Shown here one piece after another: positions 57,900 to 64,000 of a stretch of 64,000 nt of DNA. The notes below the pieces were generated by a model, which saw only the letters and a program-made list of their open reading frames with translations, was not told the DNA's origin and searched no databases. The stretch's first letter is position 1. The number at the start of each line of letters is the position of its first letter. Made by a program: the position numbers and the translations under genes. The DNA is from Oscillospiraceae bacterium (lineage in GTDB: Bacteria; Bacillota; Clostridia; Oscillospirales; Oscillospiraceae), in contig JAFWAZ010000197.1 of the NCBI GenBank assembly GCA_017507425.1, forward strand, positions 1,285-65,284, in the 5' to 3' direction.

Positions 57900-58757
57900 A
57901 TGGAACTATTTATTGAACTTTCCCGGGTCGTTTTCCGGATCAAACTGCCGTATCAGGCAGAAATCGACCATTCCTTTGAAAATTTTCTTCTGCATTCCCC
58001 GCCGAAACGCTGGGATGCGGAGGTTGAATTTTTACAAGGCTTCGAGCGGGTGGAGAAACCGCTGGGCGATCCTTTGTGCGAGGACGATCAGATGATCTTC
58101 TATTCCCACCGGTCACAGGTTCTTTGTGCTGCAAAAGGTGGCTCTTTCGGGCCAATGGCATACACGTTCTGTGATCTTGCGGCATCGAGCCTTGTATGTT
58201 ATCTGAATACCGAACACTATCCGCCGCTGCGATCCCTTGGGGCATTGGTTCAGCTGATTCCACTGAAATGGTTTCTGTCGCGAAGGGGAGTCTTGCTGTT
58301 TCATGCTTCTCTGATCGCTGCGGATTCCAAAGGAATTCTCTTTACGGCGCCCTCCGGCACCGGAAAAACCACCCAGTCCAGACTCTGGGCAGAGCATCGG
58401 AGAGCGGAGATCCTGTGCAACGACCGGGTTCTGGTGCGTGGAATGAAAACCTACGGATTTCCCTATGACGGGGATGCTCCTGTGTTCAATCCGGAGGAGC
58501 ATGGACTGCATGCAATCGTTTGTCTTGGACAGGGGATACAAAACAGCATTGTCAGACTCCGTCCGGCTTCCGCCATGGCCCGGCTGATGCAAACTGCACT
58601 GTTTGATGCGTGGGATCCACAGGTTCGGGACTTTGTTTCCGGTCATTTGCTGGAAATGATTTCGGCAATTCCGGTATATCAGCTGGATTGTACGCCGGAT
58701 GAGGCTGCGGTGCTTTGTCTGGAAAATCAATTGAGAAAGGACGGTGTCATCGAGTGA
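57900..58757 (+). CDS. HPr-kinase-related P-loop kinase (ScmC / lasso-cluster kinase-like)
   Basis: LFHAS.I....GILFTAPSGTGKTTQSRLW, NDR.LV, YG.PY.G, IPVYQL.CTPD. Confidence 0.8.
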   Translation: MELFIELSRVVFRIKLPYQAEIDHSFENFLLHSPPKRWDAEVEFLQGFERVEKPLGDPLCEDDQMIFYSHRSQVLCAAKGGSFGPMAYTFCDLAASSLVCYLNTEHYPPLRSLGALVQLIPLKWFLSRRGVLLFHASLIAADSKGILFTAPSGTGKTTQSRLWAEHRRAEILCNDRVLVRGMKTYGFPYDGDAPVFNPEEHGLHAIVCLGQGIQNSIVRLRPASAMARLMQTALFDAWDPQVRDFVSGHLLEMISAIPVYQLDCTPDEAAVLCLENQLRKDGVIE

Positions 58758-59917
58758 ATACCATTCGCGACCGACTGTTTGTAAAAGCGGCCCACAACCA
58801 TATTCCCATCATGTCAGCAATGGAGCTGCTGCCGGTCTGCAATCTGAAGTGTAAAATGTGCTATGTTCGGATGACAGCGGAAGAGGTGAATCGCGCCGGG
58901 GGCTTGAAAAACGGAGCGTGGTGGCTGGATATTGCCCGGCAGATGCGTGACGAGGGAACGCTGTATCCCTTGCTCACCGGCGGCGAGCCTTTTCTGCATC
59001 CGGACTTTCGGATGATCATGGAGGGAATGCTGGATCTGGGAATGCAGGTGAGCATCAACTCTAACGGTACGATGATTGATGAAGACACCGCCGCATGGCT
59101 CAGTGAGCACCGTCCCCTCCGAATCAACATTACGCTGTACGGCGCTTCTGCGGAAAGCTACCGGAAGCTGTGCGGAAATGAGAATGCCTACCACAATCTC
59201 CGGCGCGGTCTGGCTTATCTGAAACAGTATGAGATTCCGGTGAAATTCAACACCAGTATCACCCCTGACAATGTTCATGAGCTGGAACAGATCCTGAGCA
59301 TGGCCGAGGAGTACGGCGCTCCGATTCAGGTGGCCACCTACATGTTCCCTCCGACCCGGCGGGACAGCAGTGCAGTCGGTATCAATCATCGGCTTTCACC
59401 GGAGGAAGCCGCCCTTGCACGGGTTCGGGCAGATTTTCTCCAGTCCGATCCGGAGCGGTTTGTGGGGCAGGCAGAGCAGTTTGCCCGCTTTGTACCGCTG
59501 GAAGAGCTGGACTTTTCCGAGGAGAAGTATCCTGAGCTCCCCATGACCTGCCGGGCGGGCAATTCCTCCGCATGGGTCAACTGGAAGGGAGAGCTGACCA
59601 ACTGCGGCATGTACGGATCCGTTGTGTGCAATCTGGAGGGAAGATCTTTCCGGGATGCATGGCAGGAACTGCATGAAAAAACTGCAGAGCTGCGTTATCA
59701 GCCCGCCTGCACCATGTGTCCGAATTACCACCTTTGCCACATCTGCGTAGCCATGATCTACAACGAGTGCGGTGAACGGAAGGGCCGTCCGGAATACATG
59801 TGTAAAATGAATCAGGAAGCATCCAGACTGTATAAGGAATTTGCGGCGCAGCATTATCCGGAGCTCACCGGTCGGCATTTACCGCCGCCCCCGCAGACGG
59901 ATAGCTGCGATCTCTGA
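58754..59917 (+). CDS. Radical SAM / SPASM-domain peptide maturase
   Basis: CNLKCKMC, LTGGEPFL, NSNG; SPASM Cys pattern CRAG..C..CTMC.....CHIC...C; GTG start overlapping kinase stop (GTGA). Confidence 0.9.
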   Translation: MNTIRDRLFVKAAHNHIPIMSAMELLPVCNLKCKMCYVRMTAEEVNRAGGLKNGAWWLDIARQMRDEGTLYPLLTGGEPFLHPDFRMIMEGMLDLGMQVSINSNGTMIDEDTAAWLSEHRPLRINITLYGASAESYRKLCGNENAYHNLRRGLAYLKQYEIPVKFNTSITPDNVHELEQILSMAEEYGAPIQVATYMFPPTRRDSSAVGINHRLSPEEAALARVRADFLQSDPERFVGQAEQFARFVPLEELDFSEEKYPELPMTCRAGNSSAWVNWKGELTNCGMYGSVVCNLEGRSFRDAWQELHEKTAELRYQPACTMCPNYHLCHICVAMIYNECGERKGRPEYMCKMNQEASRLYKEFAAQHYPELTGRHLPPPPQTDSCDL

Positions 59918-59969
59918 TGTATCTAAGTGTGGACTGCATACTTAAATAAAAAAGAAAGAAGGAAACCCT

Positions 59970-62900
59970 ATGAGAAAGCCAACCTTGAAAAAAACGCTGG
60001 CAATGCTGCTGGCGCTGGTTCTGCTCTGTTCCCTTGTTCCGTCGCAGGTATTCGCAGCAGACACCACCGTCACCGGTGAACCCGTGACGGTCAAATTGGG
60101 CGGCAATGTCGCAGCCCAGCGTGAGAACGATTTCAACAAGGGCTGGAAGTTCAATCTGGGCGACAATTCCAGTGCGTCCAACCCGAGTTTCGACGATTCC
60201 GCGTGGCAGAATGTGAATCTGCCCCATGATTTCTCCATCACCCAGCACTTTACCACCGACGGCGAGGCCGAGTCCGGCTTCCTGCCCGGCGGTACCGGCT
60301 GGTACCGCAAAAGCTTTGTGCTGTCCGAGGATGTAGCAGGGAAGACCTTCATTCTGAATTTTGACGGCGTCTATATGCACGCCTACGTCTACGTCAACGG
60401 CACTTTCGTCGGTGAGCACCACTACGGTTACACCGCCTTTGCCTTCGATATCACCGAGTATCTGGAATGCGACGGCGATACGGAAAATGTCATCGCTGTC
60501 AAGGCTGTCAACCAGATTCCTTCCTCCCGCTGGTACTCCGGCTCCGGTATCTACCGTGACGTGACCCTTTATGCGCTGAATCCCGTCCATGTGGAGCGCA
60601 ACGGCGTCACTGTCACCACCCCCAACATCGCCTCCGGCAATGGCACTGCCAATGTCAAGACCGAGCTGGTCAATGACACCGATGCTGAGGTTTCCGCCAC
60701 TGTTACTACGAAGATCACCGAAAAGGGTTCCAACAGCGTGGTGGCCACTGCCAGCACCACAGTTTCTGTTTCCGCCGGTTCCACCGCTGTGGCCACTACC
60801 GCACCCGTGGTATCCTCTCCCAAGCTGTGGTCCGTCGAGAAACCCAACCTCTACACCGTGGTCACCGAGGTTTCCGTGAACGGTGAGGTCATGGACACCT
60901 GTGAGGATGACTTCGGCTACCGCTGGACCGAGTGGAACAGCACCGGCTTCCATCTGAACGGCAAGGCCGTCAAGCTCAATGGTGTCTGCCTGCACCACGA
61001 TCAGGGTGCTCTGGGCGCCGCCGCTTACTACGATGCCATGTACCGCCAGCTGTCCATCATGAAGGACATGGGCTGCAATGCCATCCGTACCTCCCACAAC
61101 CCCGCCGACGAGCAGTTCATCGAGATCTGCTCCGAGCTGGGTCTGCTGGTCATCGAGGAGGCTTTCGACGGTCTGACCCGTGCCAAGAACTCCAACTACA
61201 ACGATTTCTCCACCCACTTCAACCAGACTGCCAACCCCGGTCTGTACGGCTACGCCGAGGGCATGACCTGCGCCGAGTACGCCGCCCGGTCCATGATGAA
61301 GCGGGACCGGAATGCACCCAGCATCATCGCATGGTCCATGGGAAATGAGATCCAGGAGGGTGCCAGCACCGGCAGTGAATTTGTGACCGTTGCCCAGAAC
61401 TTCGTCCGCTGGTCCAATGCCGTGGACGGCACCCGCCCTGTCACCATCGGCGACAACACCCGCGGCGGTAATTCCACGCTGGTCAGTGTGATCAACACCC
61501 TTACGGGTGCCGGCGGCATCGCGGGCTTCAACTATGCCAACTCCGCCTCCACCCTGTACAGCCTCAGCCAGAGCTACGGCGGCAGTAAGGGCGTCATCAT
61601 CGCCTCCGAGACCTCCTCCGCAACCAACTCCCGCGGTCAGTACCGCAACCAGAACAACAACTCCAGCTCTGACAGCGCCTACCACCTTACCTCTTACGAT
61701 ACCTCCTCCGTTGGCTGGGGCATCACCGCCCACGACTCTATCTACAATACGTACCAGTACGACTGCGTCGCCGGTGAGTTCGTCTGGACCGGCTTCGACT
61801 ACATCGGCGAGCCCACTCCCTGGAACGGCACCGGCACCGGCACCGTTGATGGTGGCTCCGGCGCGACTCCCAACAGCTCCTACTTCGGTATTGTTGAGAC
61901 TACCGGCTTCCCCAAGGACACCTACTACCTCTACCGCTCCCAGTGGAACAAGGCTGATACCACCGTCCATCTGGTCACCGCATGGGATTCCGAGAACATG
62001 ATGACCGACTACAGCGGCAAGACTCCCGTCTGGGTCTACACCAACGCCGCCAAGGTTGAGCTGTACCTGAAAAACGAGCTGATCGGCACCACCGTCCGTA
62101 CCCCCGTGACCTCCTCCGCCGGTCACACCTACTACACCTACTCCGCCACCTCCAACAACACCTCTGTCTGCACCGCCGCCGGCAACTCCGATGCCGATGC
62201 CCTGTACACCATCTTCAACGTGGCCTATACCGCCGGTACCCTGACCGCCAAGGCTTTTGACGAGAATGGCACGCTGGTCGACACCTACTCTGTCACCACC
62301 CCCGGCTCCGTCACCAAGCTGATGGCCACCGCCGACAAGACCAAGATCAACGCCAACGGCTACGATCTGGTCTATGTCGAGGTCGACGTCACCGACGCCG
62401 ACGGCAACCTGAAGACCACCGCTACCAACAACATCACCTTCACCCTCTCCGGCCCCGGCGAGATCGCCGGCGTGGATAACGGCAATCAGGCAACCGTCCG
62501 TAAGTATCAGAACGACTACGTTCTGACCTCCAAGACCACCGCCAACATCAATGCCTACGCCGGCAAGGCTCTGGTCATCATCCGTTCCACCGAGGAAGCC
62601 GGCACCATCACCCTGAACATCGAATCCTCCGACCTGACCAGTCAGACTGTGACCATCAATACTGCCTCCGACACCTCCTCCGCAGCGGAGGGTCTGGTTT
62701 CCTACACCATGGTCCGCGACTACACCGTCAAGGTCGGTACCCTGCCCACTCTCCAGAGTGCTGCCACCGGCACTCTGACCGACGGTTCTACCATCAGCGG
62801 CAGCATCGAATGGGAGGCAATTTCCGAAGCGGTTTACTGCAATGCTGGTGACTACACCGTTTCCGGCACTGCCTCTTTCGACGGCTACGACGACATCCGC

Positions 62901-64000
62901 GTCAGCGCCCGTCTGCACGTGATCCCCAACATCATCGACCTGCGCAATGTCTCTGCCGCTGTCATGGAGGGCAATGCTCCCGCTCTTCCTGACACCGTCC
63001 GCGGCGTGATGGCAGACGGCACCCTGGCGGGCGAGTTCACCGTCGAGTGGGACGAGGTCGACGCAGCCCAGTTCAACACCGTGGGCGATCTCGTCACCGT
63101 CAACGGCACTGCCGTGATTTTCGGTAATGAGATCATGGATGTCACCTGCACTGTCCGGGTGGCGGAGGCTGTCAACACCGAGAGCAAAAATGTTGCACCC
63201 GCGGCTGATACACTCACTCAGGACGTTTCCGTCATTTCCGACAATCTGGCGTCCATCCTAAACGGCGTTCTGAAGCCCGGCGACAACACCGATGAGCGAT
63301 GGACCAACTACTACAACCGTACCAACAGCGCCAACGCCACCCTGACCCTGACCTGGGCCACTGCTCAGATGGTCAGCGGCGTCAACCTGTACTACTACGA
63401 CGACGGATGCAGCGGCGTGCCTGAGTCCGTTGAGTTCAGCTACTCCCTGAACGGCCAGGAGTACACCGTCATCGGTCATACCGCCGAGCAGATCGAGACC
63501 TATTACCTGGGTGCCCTGTACACCTACACCTTCGACGAGCCCATCAACCCCGTCGGCCTGAAGGTCAAGCTGACCCAGCAGAACGGCACCTCCGGCACCA
63601 ACTGTGTCGGTCTGACTGAGCTGGAGGTCATGACCTACGCCGCCGGTATGACGGTCAACACCTCCGCCGACCTGTCCGGCATTGCCGTGGACGGCACCGC
63701 CATTGACGGCTTCTCCGCGAATATCCTGACCTATGAGGCAGACGGCTTTGCTGTCACCGCTTCCACCGCCGTCAACGCCGGCATCACCGTTCTGCCCGCC
63801 TACGAGGGCGTGGTCCGGATCCTGACAGTCTCCGAGGACGGCAGCGCCGCCAAGACCTACGAGGTCACTGTGGGCGAGTCTGAACCTGCGTGTAAGCATA
63901 CCAACACCGTGATCCGCGACACCAAGACCGCCACCTGCACCGAAGAAGGCTATACCGGTGATACTTACTGTACTGACTGCGGTGAGATGACCGTACGCGG
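59970..64000 (+). CDS. Secreted GH2 beta-galactosidase-like multidomain glycosidase (3' truncated by window)
   Basis: Manual translation: signal peptide MRKPTLKKTLAMLLALVLL; LPHDFSI, GWYRK, FDGVY, GVCLHHD, NAIRTSHNP, WSMGNE, SETSS, WTGFDYIGEPTP; then Ig-like and ATCTEEG Cys repeat; absent from ORF track because no stop in window. Confidence 0.92.
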   Translation, partial: MRKPTLKKTLAMLLALVLLCSLVPSQVFAADTTVTGEPVTVKLGGNVAAQRENDFNKGWKFNLGDNSSASNPSFDDSAWQNVNLPHDFSITQHFTTDGEAESGFLPGGTGWYRKSFVLSEDVAGKTFILNFDGVYMHAYVYVNGTFVGEHHYGYTAFAFDITEYLECDGDTENVIAVKAVNQIPSSRWYSGSGIYRDVTLYALNPVHVERNGVTVTTPNIASGNGTANVKTELVNDTDAEVSATVTTKITEKGSNSVVATASTTVSVSAGSTAVATTAPVVSSPKLWSVEKPNLYTVVTEVSVNGEVMDTCEDDFGYRWTEWNSTGFHLNGKAVKLNGVCLHHDQGALGAAAYYDAMYRQLSIMKDMGCNAIRTSHNPADEQFIEICSELGLLVIEEAFDGLTRAKNSNYNDFSTHFNQTANPGLYGYAEGMTCAEYAARSMMKRDRNAPSIIAWSMGNEIQEGASTGSEFVTVAQNFVRWSNAVDGTRPVTIGDNTRGGNSTLVSVINTLTGAGGIAGFNYANSASTLYSLSQSYGGSKGVIIASETSSATNSRGQYRNQNNNSSSDSAYHLTSYDTSSVGWGITAHDSIYNTYQYDCVAGEFVWTGFDYIGEPTPWNGTGTGTVDGGSGATPNSSYFGIVETTGFPKDTYYLYRSQWNKADTTVHLVTAWDSENMMTDYSGKTPVWVYTNAAKVELYLKNELIGTTVRTPVTSSAGHTYYTYSATSNNTSVCTAAGNSDADALYTIFNVAYTAGTLTAKAFDENGTLVDTYSVTTPGSVTKLMATADKTKINANGYDLVYVEVDVTDADGNLKTTATNNITFTLSGPGEIAGVDNGNQATVRKYQNDYVLTSKTTANINAYAGKALVIIRSTEEAGTITLNIESSDLTSQTVTINTASDTSSAAEGLVSYTMVRDYTVKVGTLPTLQSAATGTLTDGSTISGSIEWEAISEAVYCNAGDYTVSGTASFDGYDDIRVSARLHVIPNIIDLRNVSAAVMEGNAPALPDTVRGVMADGTLAGEFTVEWDEVDAAQFNTVGDLVTVNGTAVIFGNEIMDVTCTVRVAEAVNTESKNVAPAADTLTQDVSVISDNLASILNGVLKPGDNTDERWTNYYNRTNSANATLTLTWATAQMVSGVNLYYYDDGCSGVPESVEFSYSLNGQEYTVIGHTAEQIETYYLGALYTYTFDEPINPVGLKVKLTQQNGTSGTNCVGLTELEVMTYAAGMTVNTSADLSGIAVDGTAIDGFSANILTYEADGFAVTASTAVNAGITVLPAYEGVVRILTVSEDGSAAKTYEVTVGESEPACKHTNTVIRDTKTATCTEEGYTGDTYCTDCGEMTVR

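Noticed and set aside
59865-62918. 1017-aa minus-strand ORF
   Set aside because: Antisense shadow of the GH2 gene.

Overview
Chromosomal segment of a high-GC anaerobic Firmicute, most likely Clostridia (Oscillospiraceae/Ruminococcaceae-like, inferred from gene content, SLH proteins and sigmaA-type promoters). 1-29.8 kb is mostly housekeeping and accessory genes: ECF S component, DprA-like protein, DEAD-box helicase, TagA-family GT, tmk, DJ-1, mltG, U32 peptidase, AEC transporter, TspO, PlsY-like, PnuC, YnbB-like, LacI, thyA-folA, two short chromate transporters, PcrA/UvrD, a Spo0A-like regulator, an SLH protein and a His-rich methyltransferase. It carries small insertion footprints: two related palindromic MITE-like elements, and a membrane-protein cassette flanked by a duplicated thyA promoter and 5' end. 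29.9-48.2 kb is a minus-strand Wzx/Wzy polysaccharide locus with many glycosyltransferases, a Stealth protein, acyltransferases and two pseudogenes. From 48.4 kb the plus strand encodes a split transketolase, an NTP_transf_5-type nucleotidyltransferase, a 1902-aa secreted protein with no recognisable anchor, a Cys-rich peptide with a YxxP leader and C-terminal Ser, an HPr-kinase-like kinase, a radical SAM/SPASM enzyme, and a large GH2 beta-galactosidase running off the window. The peptide, kinase, rSAM and nucleotidyltransferase beside a surface-glycan locus are the most striking signal: a candidate RiPP pathway combining rSAM cross-linking with lasso-cluster-type phospho/glyco tailoring, possibly linked to cell-surface display. 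No rRNA, tRNA, CRISPR array or transposase was recognised. All calls are by motif recognition; no searches were run.
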